Assembly: GCA_050302075.1 (NCBI GenBank)
Contig: JBNLAH010000001.1
Coordinates: forward strand, 320,342-384,341
Source of the DNA: Parachlamydiales bacterium
GTDB taxonomy: Bacteria; Chlamydiota; Chlamydiia; Chlamydiales; SM23-39
Length of the DNA stretch: 64,000 bases
Direction: 5' to 3'
In this document: positions 46,899-59,501 of the stretch, one piece after another
Numbering within the stretch: position 1 is the first letter of the stretch
How the letters are laid out: each line of letters opens with the position of its first letter
Made by a program: the position numbers and the translations under genes
Notes under the pieces: generated by a model
What the model saw: the letters and a program-made list of their open reading frames with translations, nothing else
Database searches by the model: none
Told to the model about the DNA's origin: nothing

Positions 46899-49800
46899 AT
46901 GCAAAAAAAGCCGCCTAAAAGGGTGAGTTTCCGTGAAAAGGAAGAAATTATAGACCTTCCAAATCTGATAGAAATTCAAATTAAATCATTTAACCAATTC
47001 TTACAAGCTGATAGATTGCCACATGAAAGAGAGAATCAGGGTCTGCAAGAAGTATTTAATGAAGTATTTCCTATTAAATCCTATGACGAAAAAACAATCT
47101 TAGAGTACATTTCATACAATTTAGGTGTTCCAAAATATACACCTGAAGAATGCATTCGTCGAGGGATTTCATACAACGTAACTTTAAAATTAAAATTCCG
47201 TTTAACCGATGAGACAGGTATCAAAGAAGAAGAAGTCTATATGGGTACTTTACCTATAATGACCGAAAACGGTACTTTTATCATTAATGGAGCTGAGCGA
47301 GTGATTGTCTCTCAATTGCACCGTTCGCCTGGAATCGCATTCGAACAAGAAAGACACTCAAAAGGGGCTACACTTTATTCATTTAGAATAATTCCGTACC
47401 GTGGAAGCTGGCTAGAAGCCGCTTTTGATATTAACGATTTAATCTATATCTACGTTGATCGTAAGAAAAGAAGAAGAAAAGTTTTAGCAACTTCGTTTGT
47501 AAGGACATTAGGTTATTCTACTGACGCAGACATCATTGAAGAGTTTTTTGAGACATATAAGGTAAAAATTAAATCTGAGAAAGACTTTGTTGATCTTGTC
47601 GGTAAGATATTAGCTGAAGAAGTAATTGATGAGAACACAGGTCTTATTTTTGGAAAAGCAGGAGAAAAATTAACCACTGCTATGCTGAAAAGAATGCTTG
47701 ATGAGAATGTACAAGCAATTCGAATCGCAGAAGAAGCCGACGAAACTCATCCTATCATAAAAATGCTTTCCAAAGATCCTACTGACTCATATGAGTCGGC
47801 ACTGAAAGATTTTTATAGAAAAATCCGTCCAGGTGAACCAGCAACACTTTCTAATGCAAGATCGACAATCATGAGGTTGTTTTTCGATCCTAAGAGATAC
47901 AATCTTGGGAGAGTTGGTCGCTATAAGATGAATACAAAGCTTGGCTTTGAAACAACAGATGAGGAACTCGCAACAGTCACCCTAAAAAAGGAAGATATTG
48001 TATCTGCTTTAAAATATCTTATCAGCCTAAAGATGGGCGATAATGACAAGAGCGTTGATGATATTGATCATTTAGGTAATAGAAGAGTTAGATCTGTGGG
48101 CGAGTTAATCCAAAATCAATGTAGGATTGGACTTGCAAGAATGGAGAAAATCATAAAAGAGCGAATGAATCTTTTTGATTTCTCAGCAGACACAATGACC
48201 CCGGGAAAAATTGTTTCAGCAAAAGGATTGGCTGGAGTATTAAAGGACTTTTTCGGAAGATCTCAGTTGTCTCAGTTTATGGATCAGACTAATCCGATAG
48301 CTGAACTTACTCATAAAAGGAGATTATCTTGCCTAGGGCCAGGTGGACTAAACCGAGAAAGAGCAGGTTTTGAGGTAAGGGACGTTCACTCTTCACATTA
48401 TGGTAGAATTTGTCCAATTGAGACTCCTGAAGGACCAAACATTGGTCTGATAACTTCGATGTCTTCGTTTGCAAAAATTAACGAATTTGGATTTATTGAA
48501 ACACCATACCGCAAAGTAGATAAACAAACTGTCAGCGAAGAGATTGAGTATATGACAGCTGATCAGGAAGAAGAAAATGTAATTGCTCAGGCATCAGCGC
48601 AGCTAGATGAATTTAGCATGTTTAAAAATGACATATGCTGGGCGAGACATAAAGGCGAGCCAATGGAGATTGAGACAGACATTGTAACTCACATGGACGT
48701 TTCTTCTAAACAATCTGTATCAGTAGTCGCTGGACTAATCCCATTCTTAGAGCACGATGATGCTAACCGAGCTTTGATGGGTTCTAACATGCAACGCCAA
48801 GCTGTACCATTATTGAAACCAGAAGCTCCAATTGTAGGAACAGGTTTAGAGCTAAAGACAGCTAAAGATTCTGGTGCTGTATTAGTTGCAAAATCCGATG
48901 GTGTTATTGAGTATGTCGATGGCTGGAAAATTACGATTGCACCAAAAGATAATCCACTCAATAAACAGGAGTATAAACTTAAGAAGTTTATGCGTTCCAA
49001 CAATGGCACATGTATAAATCAAACACCTCTTGTGAAAGTCAATGAGAAAGTCTTAGCTGGAGATGTAATAGCAGATGGAGCCGCTACTGAAAATGGTGAG
49101 ATGGCACTAGGTAAGAACGTTCTAGTAGCTTTCATGCCATGGCTTGGTTACAACTATGAAGATGCTATTATTATTTCAAATAAGCTTTTGAAAAAAGATA
49201 CATTTACATCTGTTCATGTAGACATGTTAGAACAAATTGCTAGAGATACTAAGCTAGGCAAGGAAGAAATAACATGTGACATTCCAAATGTTTCTGAAGA
49301 AGCTATAGCAAATCTTAATTCAGATGGTATTGTTAGAACTGGTGCAGAGGTTAAAGAAGGAGATATCTTAGTTGGTAAAATTACACCTAAGTCTGAAACA
49401 GAACTATCTCCTGAAGAAAGACTGCTCAGAGCTATTTTTGGAGAAAAAGCAGCGGATGTTAAAGATGCATCTTTAACAGCGCCTCCAGGAACTGAAGGTG
49501 TTGTAAAAGAAGTTGCTGTGTACTCAAGAAGAGACAGACTCTCAAAAACAGATGACGAAATTGTTGAGGAAGCATCAAGAATTAAAGATATTCAAAGCGA
49601 ATATAAAATGCGATTATCTGAGCTTCAGCTTGAGTTTCATGAGAAAATGGGAGCACTTTTATTAAATGAAAAAGCGCCCGCTCCAATTATGCATAGAATT
49701 TCTGCAGATGTCATAATTCCGCAAGATGAAGTGATCTCTCAAGATATGATTGAAATACTTGAGTCAGAAGATATTGAAAATCTAATTTTACCGGAAAATG

Positions 49801-50660
49801 AACTTTACCATGAGTTGAGAAAAGTCTTTGTTGACTACAATAAAAATCTTCAAGTTCTTCAAACTTCACACAAATCAGAAATTGAAGAAATGAAGAAAGG
49901 TGACACTGACTTAGATCCAGGTGTTATCAGACAAGTTAAGGTTTACATAGCCACAAAGAGAAAACTGCAAGTTGGTGATAAAATGGCAGGACGCCATGGT
50001 AACAAAGGTGTTGTTGCAAAAATCGTTCCTGAAGAAGACATGCCATATTTATCAAACGGTGAAACAGTAGAAATGATCTTGAACCCATTAGGTGTACCAT
50101 CTCGTATGAACATGGGGCAGCTTTTGGAAACACACTTAGGTATTGCTGCTAAAAAAGCTGGTATATATGTAAAGAGCCCAGTTTTCGAAGGATTTCCAGA
50201 ATCTAAGATTTGGGAAATGATGAAAGAGCAAGGCATGCCTGAAGATGGTAAGATGCATTTATTTGATGGAAGAACTGGAGAGCGATTTGATAACCGAGTT
50301 GTAGTTGGCTACATTTATATGCTAAAGCTTGGTCACTTGGTCGCTGACAAGATTCATGCAAGATCAATAGGTCCATATTCACTTGTAACACAGCAGCCAC
50401 TTGGCGGTAAAGCTCAGATGGGTGGTCAAAGATTTGGTGAGATGGAAGTTTGGGCATTAGAGGCATATGGAGCCGGCCACCTTCTTCAAGAGATGTTAAC
50501 AGTGAAATCTGATGATGTTGAAGGTAGAACAAGGATTTATGAGTCCATTGTTAAAGGTGACAATACTCTCAGTGCAGGAACTCCTGAATCATTTAATGTT
50601 CTTGTTAAAGAAATGCAAGGTTTGTGTTTAGACATTGAACCTGAGACCGTAAAAGATTAA
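46899..50660 (+). CDS. rpoB: RNA polymerase beta subunit
   Basis: [32 protein letters not shown]. Confidence 0.99.
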   Translation: MQKKPPKRVSFREKEEIIDLPNLIEIQIKSFNQFLQADRLPHERENQGLQEVFNEVFPIKSYDEKTILEYISYNLGVPKYTPEECIRRGISYNVTLKLKFRLTDETGIKEEEVYMGTLPIMTENGTFIINGAERVIVSQLHRSPGIAFEQERHSKGATLYSFRIIPYRGSWLEAAFDINDLIYIYVDRKKRRRKVLATSFVRTLGYSTDADIIEEFFETYKVKIKSEKDFVDLVGKILAEEVIDENTGLIFGKAGEKLTTAMLKRMLDENVQAIRIAEEADETHPIIKMLSKDPTDSYESALKDFYRKIRPGEPATLSNARSTIMRLFFDPKRYNLGRVGRYKMNTKLGFETTDEELATVTLKKEDIVSALKYLISLKMGDNDKSVDDIDHLGNRRVRSVGELIQNQCRIGLARMEKIIKERMNLFDFSADTMTPGKIVSAKGLAGVLKDFFGRSQLSQFMDQTNPIAELTHKRRLSCLGPGGLNRERAGFEVRDVHSSHYGRICPIETPEGPNIGLITSMSSFAKINEFGFIETPYRKVDKQTVSEEIEYMTADQEEENVIAQASAQLDEFSMFKNDICWARHKGEPMEIETDIVTHMDVSSKQSVSVVAGLIPFLEHDDANRALMGSNMQRQAVPLLKPEAPIVGTGLELKTAKDSGAVLVAKSDGVIEYVDGWKITIAPKDNPLNKQEYKLKKFMRSNNGTCINQTPLVKVNEKVLAGDVIADGAATENGEMALGKNVLVAFMPWLGYNYEDAIIISNKLLKKDTFTSVHVDMLEQIARDTKLGKEEITCDIPNVSEEAIANLNSDGIVRTGAEVKEGDILVGKITPKSETELSPEERLLRAIFGEKAADVKDASLTAPPGTEGVVKEVAVYSRRDRLSKTDDEIVEEASRIKDIQSEYKMRLSELQLEFHEKMGALLLNEKAPAPIMHRISADVIIPQDEVISQDMIEILESEDIENLILPENELYHELRKVFVDYNKNLQVLQTSHKSEIEEMKKGDTDLDPGVIRQVKVYIATKRKLQVGDKMAGRHGNKGVVAKIVPEEDMPYLSNGETVEMILNPLGVPSRMNMGQLLETHLGIAAKKAGIYVKSPVFEGFPESKIWEMMKEQGMPEDGKMHLFDGRTGERFDNRVVVGYIYMLKLGHLVADKIHARSIGPYSLVTQQPLGGKAQMGGQRFGEMEVWALEAYGAGHLLQEMLTVKSDDVEGRTRIYESIVKGDNTLSAGTPESFNVLVKEMQGLCLDIEPETVKD

Positions 50661-50691
50661 AAAAAAATAAATTTCTCATAGGGAGCTATTC

Positions 50692-53600
50692 ATGGGTAAT
50701 GAGGATTTCAAGGATTCTCAGTTTGATAAATTAACGATCAAAATCGCCTCGGACAATGTTATTCGTAACGAGTGGTCAAGAGGTGAGATCAAAAAACCTG
50801 AGACGATCAATTATCGCACTTTTAAGCCTGAAAAAGGAGGCTTATTCTGTGAAAAAATCTTTGGTCCTACCAGGGATTGGGAATGTGCATGTGGAAAATA
50901 TAAAAAAATAAAGCACAAAGGAATTGTTTGTGATCGTTGTGGTGTAGAAGTTACTCTTTCTAAAGTTAGAAGAGAGAGAATGGCTCATATTGATTTGGCT
51001 GTTCCAGTCGTTCACATTTGGTTTTTTAAAAGTATGCCGACAAGAATCGGTAATATTTTAGGAATGTCTACAGCAGACCTAGAAAGAGTGATTTATTATG
51101 AGGAATTTGTAGTAATTGATCCAGGGCAGACTGAATTAGAAAGAAAGCAGCTTCTAAATGATAATGAATTAAAAGAAGCTATTGACAAATGGGGTCCTGA
51201 TTCATTTAAAGCAAAAATGGGTGCTGAAGCTATTCATGATCTTTTACAAAGCGAAGATTTGTCTTCTTTAATAGTTGAGCTAAAAGAGAAACTTCGTAAG
51301 ACAAAGTCAATGCAAGCTAGAATGAAACTAGCGAAGCGCTTAAAGATCATAGAAGGTTTAGTTCTTTCTAAAAATAAGCCCGAAAACATGGTACTCTCTT
51401 GTGTACCTGTTATTCCACCTGACTTAAGACCTTTAGTTCCTTTAGACGGCGGTCGTTTTGCTACATCAGATTTAAATGATCTTTATCGTCGAGTTATTAA
51501 TCGTAATAATCGTCTGAAATCTATTTTAAAACTGAAAACACCTGATGTTATTATCAGAAATGAAAAGCGAATGTTGCAAGAAGCTGTCGATGCTTTATTT
51601 GACAATGGTAGACATGGCCATCCTGTAATGGGAGCCGGAAATAGACCATTGAAGTCGCTTTCTGAAATGCTTAAAGGAAAACATGGTAGATTCAGACAGA
51701 ACCTTTTAGGAAAAAGGGTTGATTACTCAGGAAGATCTGTGATCGTTGTTGGTCCTGAGCTTAAGTTTAATCAGTGCGGTCTGCCAAAACAAATGGCCTT
51801 GGAGTTATTTGAGCCATTTATTGTAAAAAGACTTAAAGATCTAGGTTATGTGTATACAATACGATCTGCTAAGAAAATGATTCAAAAGCAGTCGCCTGAA
51901 GTATGGGATGTTTTAGAAGAAATTATTAAAGGGCATCCAGTATTGCTAAACCGAGCTCCAACGCTGCATAGACTTGGTATCCAAGCTTTTGAGCCAGTAC
52001 TAATTGAAGGTAAAGCTATCAGGATTCATCCTCTAGTAACACCTGCTTTCAATGCTGACTTTGATGGAGACCAAATGGCTGTTCACGTTCCACTTTCTGT
52101 TGAAGCTCAGATTGAAACTAAGTTACTAATGATGGCGCCAGATAATATTTTCTTACCGTCTTCTGGTAAGCCTGTTGCAGTACCATCTCAGGACATGATC
52201 TTAGGACTTTATTATTTAATGCATGATCCTACTTATATCCCTGAAGATCATGGTAAAAAGACTAGAATTTTCTCAAGTCAGAATGAAGTTTTATTAGCTT
52301 TGTTTGCCGGAGGGAGCTATAACTGGGAAAGTAATCCAGAAAGACGCGACCATTTAGGAAAATCTATTAGACTACATGAGAAGATCAAGATTAATATTGA
52401 AGGGGGCATCATAGAAACAACTCCAGGAAGAGTATTGTTTAATACAATAGTTCCAAAAGAGTTGGGTTTCCAAAACTATGCACTTAGAAAAAAGAAGCTG
52501 TCAGAACTTGTTCTAGAGTGTTATAAAAAAGTAGGTTTGGAAAAGACTGTTCGCTTTTTAGATGACATGAAAAACTTAGGGTTTTCAGAGGCAACAAAAG
52601 CTGCATTGTCAATGGGTATTTGCGATGTTCGCATACCTAAAGAAAAACAGCTTATTCTTGATGAAGCTGAAGAAAAAGTAGCTCAAGTTAAAAAACAATA
52701 TGAAGATGGTGTTATCACTGAAGGGGAGAGAAAGTCCAAAATTATTAGTATTTGGACTGAAGTTTCCGATAAGTTATCTGACATGTTGTTTGAGCTCATC
52801 AAGGAAGTTAAAGATGGCGAATTGAATCCGCTCTACTTGATGATGGACTCAGGTGCTAGAGGAAATAGATCACAGGCTAAACAGCTGGGTGGTATGAGGG
52901 GCTTGATGGCTAAGCCTTCAGGTGAAATTTTAGAGTCTCCGATTACAGCAAACTTTAGAGAAGGTCTAACTGTATTGGAGTACTTCATTTCTACTCATGG
53001 TGCCAGAAAAGGTCTTGCGGATACAGCGTTGAAAACTGCTGACTCTGGTTATTTGACAAGAAGACTTGTAGACGTTTCTCAAGATGTTATTGTGACTGAG
53101 TACGATTGCGGAACTTTAAATGGTATAGAGGTTTCAGCTATAAAACAAGGTCAAGAGGAACTATTGCCATTACAAGATAGAGTCTTTGGTAGAACAGCAT
53201 GTGATGATATCTACCTGCCGGGAGATAGCACAAAATTGCTAGCTAAAGCTGGAGATGTCTTGAATAGGTTTCAGTCAGAAAATATCGATGACGCTGGTAT
53301 TGAGTCTGTAAAAATTAGATCCGCGTTAACTTGTGAAACCAGAAGAGGCGTCTGTGCTAAGTGTTATGGTCTAAACTTGGCATCGGGAGTTCTTGTAGGT
53401 GAAGGTGAAGCTATAGGGATTATTGCAGCTCAGTCAATTGGTGAGCCGGGAACTCAGTTAACGATGAGAACTTTCCACTTAGGTGGTATCGCATCAGCTG
53501 GTGTTTCTCCAGAATTGGTATCAGATAATGAAGGTGTTTTAGTTTATAGAGACCTTAGGGTTGTTCAAAATGAAGACGGCCACTGGGTAGCCTTAAACAA

Positions 53601-54855
53601 AAATGGATCTCTTTGTATTGTAAGAGACGAAGGCAGGTCTTTAGAGGATTACAAAAAGCTACTTTCAACTAAGTCAATAGAGCCAATGCAAACTTTCCCA
53701 TTAGAGCTTGGTACTGTTATTTACTTCGAAGATGGATCTAACATCAAGAAGGAAACTAAAATAGCAGAGTGGGAGCAACATAGTAGCCCAATTATCTGTG
53801 AGAGACCTGGATTTGTTAAGTATGATGATTTAGTAGAAGGAATTTCTACTATGAAAGAAACAAACAAGCAGACAGGTCAGGTTGAACTAATTGTTAAACA
53901 GCATAGAGGAGAACTCCATCCTCAGATTGCGATTTATAGTGATAAGGACTATTCAGAACTAGTTGGAACTTATGCAATACCTTCTGGTGCTATTATTTCT
54001 GTTAAAGAAGGGCAAAAGGCAAACGCAGGTATGATTCTTGCTAAACTTCCAAGAGGAGCCATTAAGACAAAAGATATTACTGGTGGTCTACCTAGGGTTG
54101 CAGAGCTGTTCGAAGCGAGAAGGCCAAAAGATGCAGCAGAAATAGCTAAGATTGACGGGATTGTTGATTTTAGAGGGGTTCAAAAAAGCAAAAGAATTGT
54201 TATTGTCCGTGACGAGACAACTGGTATGGAAGAAGAACACTTTATTCCATTAACAAAACACTTAATTGTTCAGAAAGGTGACTCAGTTGTAAAAGGACAA
54301 CAATTAACTGAAGGTTTAGTAGTCCCTCAAGAGATTTTAGATATTTGTGGAGTTAGAGAACTGCAAAAGTATCTAGTAAATCAAGTTCAAGAAGTATATC
54401 GTTTGCAAGGTGTAGACATTAATGACAAGCATATCGAAATTATTGTTCGTCAGATGTTACAAAAAGTAAGGATCACAGATCCAGGTGACACAACTTTCTT
54501 ATATGGTGAAGATGTTGATAAGAAGAAGTTTCATGAGATCAATAGAAAAGCCATTGAGGAAGGAGGGAAACCAGCTCAAGCTACACCTGTCCTATTAGGT
54601 ATAACTAAAGCATCGCTTGGAACTGAATCATTTGTATCAGCTGCATCCTTCCAAGAGACTACTAGAGTCTTAACTGAAGCTGCTAGCGAAGGTAAAAATG
54701 ATTACTTGTTAGACTTCAAATCTAACCTAATTATGGGGCATATGATACCGGGAGGTACCGGATATGAATACCATAAAAAGGTCAAAAAGTTTGTTGATCA
54801 TGAACACGAAGAGAAAATCGAATTCTCTTTTGATGAAGAAATAGCAATTTCATAA
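50692..54855 (+). CDS. rpoC: RNA polymerase beta' subunit
   Basis: [16 protein letters not shown], Zn-binding cysteines. Confidence 0.99.
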   Translation: MGNEDFKDSQFDKLTIKIASDNVIRNEWSRGEIKKPETINYRTFKPEKGGLFCEKIFGPTRDWECACGKYKKIKHKGIVCDRCGVEVTLSKVRRERMAHIDLAVPVVHIWFFKSMPTRIGNILGMSTADLERVIYYEEFVVIDPGQTELERKQLLNDNELKEAIDKWGPDSFKAKMGAEAIHDLLQSEDLSSLIVELKEKLRKTKSMQARMKLAKRLKIIEGLVLSKNKPENMVLSCVPVIPPDLRPLVPLDGGRFATSDLNDLYRRVINRNNRLKSILKLKTPDVIIRNEKRMLQEAVDALFDNGRHGHPVMGAGNRPLKSLSEMLKGKHGRFRQNLLGKRVDYSGRSVIVVGPELKFNQCGLPKQMALELFEPFIVKRLKDLGYVYTIRSAKKMIQKQSPEVWDVLEEIIKGHPVLLNRAPTLHRLGIQAFEPVLIEGKAIRIHPLVTPAFNADFDGDQMAVHVPLSVEAQIETKLLMMAPDNIFLPSSGKPVAVPSQDMILGLYYLMHDPTYIPEDHGKKTRIFSSQNEVLLALFAGGSYNWESNPERRDHLGKSIRLHEKIKINIEGGIIETTPGRVLFNTIVPKELGFQNYALRKKKLSELVLECYKKVGLEKTVRFLDDMKNLGFSEATKAALSMGICDVRIPKEKQLILDEAEEKVAQVKKQYEDGVITEGERKSKIISIWTEVSDKLSDMLFELIKEVKDGELNPLYLMMDSGARGNRSQAKQLGGMRGLMAKPSGEILESPITANFREGLTVLEYFISTHGARKGLADTALKTADSGYLTRRLVDVSQDVIVTEYDCGTLNGIEVSAIKQGQEELLPLQDRVFGRTACDDIYLPGDSTKLLAKAGDVLNRFQSENIDDAGIESVKIRSALTCETRRGVCAKCYGLNLASGVLVGEGEAIGIIAAQSIGEPGTQLTMRTFHLGGIASAGVSPELVSDNEGVLVYRDLRVVQNEDGHWVALNKNGSLCIVRDEGRSLEDYKKLLSTKSIEPMQTFPLELGTVIYFEDGSNIKKETKIAEWEQHSSPIICERPGFVKYDDLVEGISTMKETNKQTGQVELIVKQHRGELHPQIAIYSDKDYSELVGTYAIPSGAIISVKEGQKANAGMILAKLPRGAIKTKDITGGLPRVAELFEARRPKDAAEIAKIDGIVDFRGVQKSKRIVIVRDETTGMEEEHFIPLTKHLIVQKGDSVVKGQQLTEGLVVPQEILDICGVRELQKYLVNQVQEVYRLQGVDINDKHIEIIVRQMLQKVRITDPGDTTFLYGEDVDKKKFHEINRKAIEEGGKPAQATPVLLGITKASLGTESFVSAASFQETTRVLTEAASEGKNDYLLDFKSNLIMGHMIPGGTGYEYHKKVKKFVDHEHEEKIEFSFDEEIAIS

Positions 54856-54861
54856 AAATTA

Positions 54862-54887
54862 AAAAGGCGGTTTTTTAACCGCCTTTT
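54862..54887. terminator. bidirectional terminator between rpoC and tal
   Basis: AAAAGGCGGTT-TTTT-AACCGCCTTTT, overlapping the tal stop codon. Confidence 0.8.
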
Positions 54888-55840
54888 ATTTTTTCTCTGA
54901 TTACGTTTTCCAACTTTATAACGTCTGCAGCAAATTTCCGTATTCCTTCTGATAGTTTTTCAGTAGCCATAGCATTTTCATTTAGTAGATACCTAAATTC
55001 ACTTTCATTTAGTTTCTTTTTTTCTATTGAGGATTTTTTTGCGCTATCTGAATCAAGTTTTTTAACGACAGGATCGCTAGATTCTTTCAGCTCTTCCAAA
55101 AGCTCGGGTGAAATTGTTAAAAGATCGCAACCTGCAAGAGCTATAATTTGATCTTTGTTTCTAAAAGATGCCCCCATAATAACTGTCTTATAGTCGAACT
55201 TTTTGTAATATGTATAGATTTCTCTAACAGATTTTACCCCAGGATCTTCATCTGGTGGATAGCTTTCCTTACCTTCATTTTTTTTGTACCAGTCTAGAAT
55301 TCTTCCAACAAAAGGGGAAATTAAAGTGACTTTTGCTTCTGCACAAGCGATTGCTTGGGGCATTGAAAACATTAGTGTCATGTTACAGTGAATGCCTTCT
55401 GATTCTAGTACTTTTGCAGCTAACACACCTTCCCAAGTAGATGCAAGTTTGATAAGTATTCTTTCACGCTTTATTCCAGCAGCTTCGTAAATCCCTATTA
55501 TTCTTCTAGCCTTTTCGATACTTTTTTCTACATCAAATGAAAGTCTTGCATCAACTTCTGTTGAAACTCGACCTGGAATGCGCTTGAGTGTCTCTAGGCC
55601 AAATAGTACAAATGTCTTATCTAAAGCCAATTCAACCTGTTTGTATGGATCAGATTCATTTTCCTTTGCAAATGCAACTGCTTTATCAACTAATTCAGAA
55701 TACTGTGGCATCTCTGATGCTTTCAATATTAATGAAGGGTTTGTAGTGGCATCAGTTGGCTTATATTCTTCAATAGCTTTGAAATCGCCAGTATCTGCTA
55801 CTACAGTTGTTAATTTTTTTAACTGCTCTAATTGATTCAT
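54875..55840 (-). CDS. tal: transaldolase
   Basis: [38 protein letters not shown]. Confidence 0.98.
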   Translation of the reverse strand: MNQLEQLKKLTTVVADTGDFKAIEEYKPTDATTNPSLILKASEMPQYSELVDKAVAFAKENESDPYKQVELALDKTFVLFGLETLKRIPGRVSTEVDARLSFDVEKSIEKARRIIGIYEAAGIKRERILIKLASTWEGVLAAKVLESEGIHCNMTLMFSMPQAIACAEAKVTLISPFVGRILDWYKKNEGKESYPPDEDPGVKSVREIYTYYKKFDYKTVIMGASFRNKDQIIALAGCDLLTISPELLEELKESSDPVVKKLDSDSAKKSSIEKKKLNESEFRYLLNENAMATEKLSEGIRKFAADVIKLENVIREKIKGG

Positions 55841-55847
55841 AAATACC

Positions 55848-56351
55848 TTATTTGATGGTGTTAAAAAACGATGAAAATAAAGATCTATTTACAATGCTAT
55901 TTTTATAAGCCTCAGTAAAATTTTTTCCATCAATAGTTATAGTGCTTCTATTGTGAATGATACTTATTTTTTTCCCATCTTTCAAGTGGTCAATAAGTAA
56001 TCTGGTTAATTTCTCAGTCAGTAATATCCTTTGATTTCCTTTTAAGCAAAAACATGTTTCTTCAAAGCTTGTGTCATCAGTTGATATTTTTACTTGCCTG
56101 TCCTGACTATTTTCAATGGCATTACGATAAAAATTAAGAAAGCACTTTGTATTATCAGATAAAAAAAGAATTTCAAGTTCCACCTCTTTATAGCTTGAAT
56201 CAGGAAATCTCATTCTAAAAGATCTGTATCTTTCTTCCTTAGAGCTTACGTTTTCAACTTCATATGATTTGTTTTTTACACAGCCTGAAAATAAAATAAA
56301 AATAACAAAAAATGCCCTATTTAGAGTCTGAAATATAGCTTTCATATGCAT
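55848..56351 (-). CDS. conserved hypothetical lipoprotein
   Basis: Lipobox-like FSGC; LKGNQRILL; syntenic upstream of tal. Confidence 0.7.
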   Translation of the reverse strand: MHMKAIFQTLNRAFFVIFILFSGCVKNKSYEVENVSSKEERYRSFRMRFPDSSYKEVELEILFLSDNTKCFLNFYRNAIENSQDRQVKISTDDTSFEETCFCLKGNQRILLTEKLTRLLIDHLKDGKKISIIHNRSTITIDGKNFTEAYKNSIVNRSLFSSFFNTIK

Positions 56352-57015
56352 TTTTCATAACTTGTAACTGCCAAAATTCACCAAGTTCTTTAAAATCTTT
56401 TAGAACTATCTTTTCGAATTTTTTCCAGTCTTTGTCTTTTGTTGACTTAGAATTAGCTAAACCTTCAATTGCTTTTTCAAGTTTTTGCTTTTTTACCTGA
56501 TCATTGACACAGTTGATTAAGCTATCAACTATTTGAAATGATTGAAATGTTTTCAGAATCGTTTTTGACATAGTTTTGAACTCATCAGTGTGCATAGATC
56601 CAGTTAAAACATATGCCTTAGCATCTTTTATAATTACTGCTTGCAGCATTTTTACAGGCCCAAAGTTTGTTTTTGTGGTGAGTTCAAATAAATCCGCTAT
56701 ATTGGATTTTGTTTTTATTTTTCCAAGTTCTCTAAATTCAATATTTGGGTCATCTCTGTGCATTTTTACTACAATTGAAACATACTCGCTACCTGGTATA
56801 TCAATCTCTTCGGTTGCAATGTTAATCGAAGGGTGAAATGCAGTTTTACCTTTTCCAAAAAAACACACCTCTACCATTGGTGACAGTTGTTTTGGGTCTA
56901 CCAGCTTCCATTTGTTTGGAGGAACAAAGAAATGATAGTCCTTGGCAGAGCAAATACCACAAGCTAAAAATGTTAAAAAGTATAATAGTCTAAGAGTGTG
57001 AATTACTACCTCCAC
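56317..57015 (-). CDS. conserved hypothetical exported protein
   Basis: Signal peptide, PPNKW, FHPSINIATE. Confidence 0.7.
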   Translation of the reverse strand: MEVVIHTLRLLYFLTFLACGICSAKDYHFFVPPNKWKLVDPKQLSPMVEVCFFGKGKTAFHPSINIATEEIDIPGSEYVSIVVKMHRDDPNIEFRELGKIKTKSNIADLFELTTKTNFGPVKMLQAVIIKDAKAYVLTGSMHTDEFKTMSKTILKTFQSFQIVDSLINCVNDQVKKQKLEKAIEGLANSKSTKDKDWKKFEKIVLKDFKELGEFWQLQVMKNAYESYISDSK

Positions 57016-57238
57016 TTGAACTTGAAGATATTAATATAGCCGCAGTTGCTATGACAACAGCTAGTCCAGTTCCCCAAAGAAGCATAGATAAAGCAGTAGA
57101 ATCAAAAGTGCTATAGGCTGCAGCACTAGCTTTTCTTTTGGCTGTACCCTCTCTTGGTGTTGTACGAGCGCTTAAGTTAAAAGATAAGGTTGTTGAAAAT
57201 AATAGTAGCAATAATGCCCGCTTCATATAACCTGCCAA
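56990..57238 (-). CDS. small exported/membrane protein
   Basis: Signal peptide plus C-terminal hydrophobic helix, ends SNSHS. Confidence 0.65.
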   Translation of the reverse strand: MAGYMKRALLLLLFSTTLSFNLSARTTPREGTAKRKASAAAYSTFDSTALSMLLWGTGLAVVIATAAILISSSSSGGSNSHS

Positions 57239-57287
57239 AAAAGGATTTTTATCTCATATAAATGAATTTCTAACAATTCCTTATAAT

Positions 57288-57488
57288 TTATTTTTCATTT
57301 TGAATTACAATAGCTGTAATAATGCCTATTGTAATTAAAAGTGATATCCCTGCTATAGACCATGCTACAGCAGAAGCGCTATTTTTTCCCTCTTTTGCAG
57401 CTATGCCAGCATTCGAGTTATTCGGAACTTCCGAAAATGCCTGGCATATTAAAATTTGCATCAAAATCAGCACAACTTTTTTTTTCAT
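57288..57488 (-). CDS. small exported/membrane protein
   Basis: MKKK signal peptide, NAGIAA, SAVAW plus hydrophobic helix. Confidence 0.6.
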   Translation of the reverse strand: MKKKVVLILMQILICQAFSEVPNNSNAGIAAKEGKNSASAVAWSIAGISLLITIGIITAIVIQNEK

Positions 57489-57530
57489 GCTTAAATAATA
57501 AGGGCTCCAATTAAAAGAGCCCGTAATTTG

Positions 57531-57755
57531 TTAGTTGTGTGAAAATGTAGTAGGATTTTTAGTTGCACTTGATGCAATTAGTCCAGCCATTGTTCCAAGT
57601 GCTGCTAGAGCAGCTATTGCAACTCCCCATGACACTGTAGATGATGCTAAGCGTGTACTTTGTCTGGCTCCTGCTCCTGCATCTTCTTGTGCATTCAACT
57701 GTAAATTAGCAAAGCTCAGTGCTAATAAAGTTAATACTGTTGTAATTTTTTTCAT
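57531..57755 (-). CDS. small exported/membrane protein
   Basis: AGGAG RBS, signal peptide, DAGAGA, STVSW plus hydrophobic helix, ends FSHN; hairpin at about 57501-57522. Confidence 0.7.
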   Translation of the reverse strand: MKKITTVLTLLALSFANLQLNAQEDAGAGARQSTRLASSTVSWGVAIAALAALGTMAGLIASSATKNPTTFSHN

Positions 57756-58091
57756 GTTTTATCTCCTTAGATGCTCGATTATGATTTTTTTCTATTCATC
57801 TATTATAGAAGCACATAAGTAAAATAATTTCTATAGATTTTAATTATGAGATAAAAATTGCAATTTCTAAGTGATTAGATGCAAGTCGATTAAGTAAGAT
57901 TTAACAAAATTATCAAAAGGCATTGTGTCAAGCTCTCGTTGATAAGTTAGAACTATGGCATTTTTATAGCCGAGTCACATAGCTAAAACTTGGAAAAGTG
58001 GCTTTTGTAGTAAATTAAAATCCAGTGGTTGATGGAAAATAATGTTGCTTTTGTTATAGTCTTTTAAGTTGAATACCTAAAAGGAGCTAAA

Positions 58092-58733
58092 ATGAACGAA
58101 AAGTCAATCGATACAGCCAGAGGTAAAATTCAGAAAATATGTGACGTTTTAAAAAACGAAACAATTGAACCTGCAAAACAAGAAGCAAAAGAAATAATCG
58201 AAAATGCTCAAATACAAGCAAAAGAGATTATTGAAAAAGCAAACAATAAAGCTAAAGAGATTATCGAAAAATCTAAAGAAGAAAAAGAAAAGCAACAAAA
58301 GGTATTCGAATCAGCTCTTTCTTTAGCAAAAAAACAAGCCATCGATTCTCTAAAAGTCGAAATAGAACAAAAACTTTTTGATAAATCTTTATCAGAGTTG
58401 ATCGTCAAGGCAAGTGCGGATATTAAAGTGCTGAGTAATATGATTACATCTATTGTAAAAGTAATCGAAGAAAATGGCATTGATACTGACATTATGGCAT
58501 TTATTCCAAAGACTGCTTCTAAAAAAGAAATCAACGAACTGATCGGAAAGACTATTTTAGAAAATCTAAAAGGTAAATCTGTTGAAATCGGAGATTTTGG
58601 TGGCGGTGTTAAGATATCTCTGAAAGATAACAATATTACAATTGATATGTCAGACGATGCGTTGTTTCATATCATTGCAAAATATGTAAGAAGCGACTTT
58701 AGAGATATTATGTTTGAAGGATCTAATGAGTAG
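58092..58733 (+). CDS. atpE: V-type ATP synthase subunit E
   Basis: KIQKICD..ETIEPA coiled coil, FGGG; first gene of the V-ATPase operon. Confidence 0.9.
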   Translation: MNEKSIDTARGKIQKICDVLKNETIEPAKQEAKEIIENAQIQAKEIIEKANNKAKEIIEKSKEEKEKQQKVFESALSLAKKQAIDSLKVEIEQKLFDKSLSELIVKASADIKVLSNMITSIVKVIEENGIDTDIMAFIPKTASKKEINELIGKTILENLKGKSVEIGDFGGGVKISLKDNNITIDMSDDALFHIIAKYVRSDFRDIMFEGSNE

Positions 58734-59499
58734 ATATTATTTTTTAGGGTGTGTTCTTCCTGAGCTTTCTCTAGATAAAGCTCCCGAGATTACAGTTGAT
58801 GAGTTAGATAAAATGCTAGAGATGAACCTTTCTAGCAGAGATGCCCAAAAATTAAGTTCTTTGAAACTACTGAATGATTTGAAAAATCTAAAAGCTTTTT
58901 TGTCCAATGAACCGATTGATTCGAATGGCAATTTTGACACAACTCAAATTGAAGATATTCTACTTGCTAAAGTAGATTTGCCGGAATTTGCGATAGACTT
59001 CTTAGATAAGTATGAAACAAATCAAAGTCGTCTTAAGCATTTTTCTGAGCTTATGGCACTTTTTTTTCAATGGGCAATGGAAGAGTATAATGGGTTTTTG
59101 GAAAAATATTTTGACTTGGAGCGAAAAATAAGGCTTTCTTTGACCGCTCTTAGAGCAAAAAAGTTCGGCCGAAATTTTGAAAAAGAATTTCAGTTTGAGG
59201 ACTTAAATGATCCATTCGTTGCATATCTTTTATCTCAAAAAGATATGGAATCAATTGACCTGGAAGAAGATTTCCAAAAATTGTCTCATATTTTTAATGA
59301 GCACATAAATAACCCAATGAAAATGCAAAAAGCTTTAATTGAGTGGGAATTAGACCAGATATATGAAATTAAAAAGCAATATCCTTTTGAAATCGACGAG
59401 ATTTTAGGTTATTATATTAGCCTTATGCTTATTGAAAATTGGAATAAGCTAAAGGAATTAGATAATAAAGATGTTATCGATCAACTAGCCAGAGAATAA
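58726..59499 (+). CDS. DUF2764 family protein (V-type ATPase subunit C-like)
   Basis: MSRYYFL..LP.L; position between the E and A subunits. Confidence 0.8.
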   Translation: MSRYYFLGCVLPELSLDKAPEITVDELDKMLEMNLSSRDAQKLSSLKLLNDLKNLKAFLSNEPIDSNGNFDTTQIEDILLAKVDLPEFAIDFLDKYETNQSRLKHFSELMALFFQWAMEEYNGFLEKYFDLERKIRLSLTALRAKKFGRNFEKEFQFEDLNDPFVAYLLSQKDMESIDLEEDFQKLSHIFNEHINNPMKMQKALIEWELDQIYEIKKQYPFEIDEILGYYISLMLIENWNKLKELDNKDVIDQLARE

Positions 59500-59501
59500 T
59501 T

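Noticed and set aside
57956-57970. Sigma-54-like TGGCAT-N5-TAGC upstream of atpE
   Set aside because: Mismatches in both boxes in an AT-rich region; not supportable from sequence alone.
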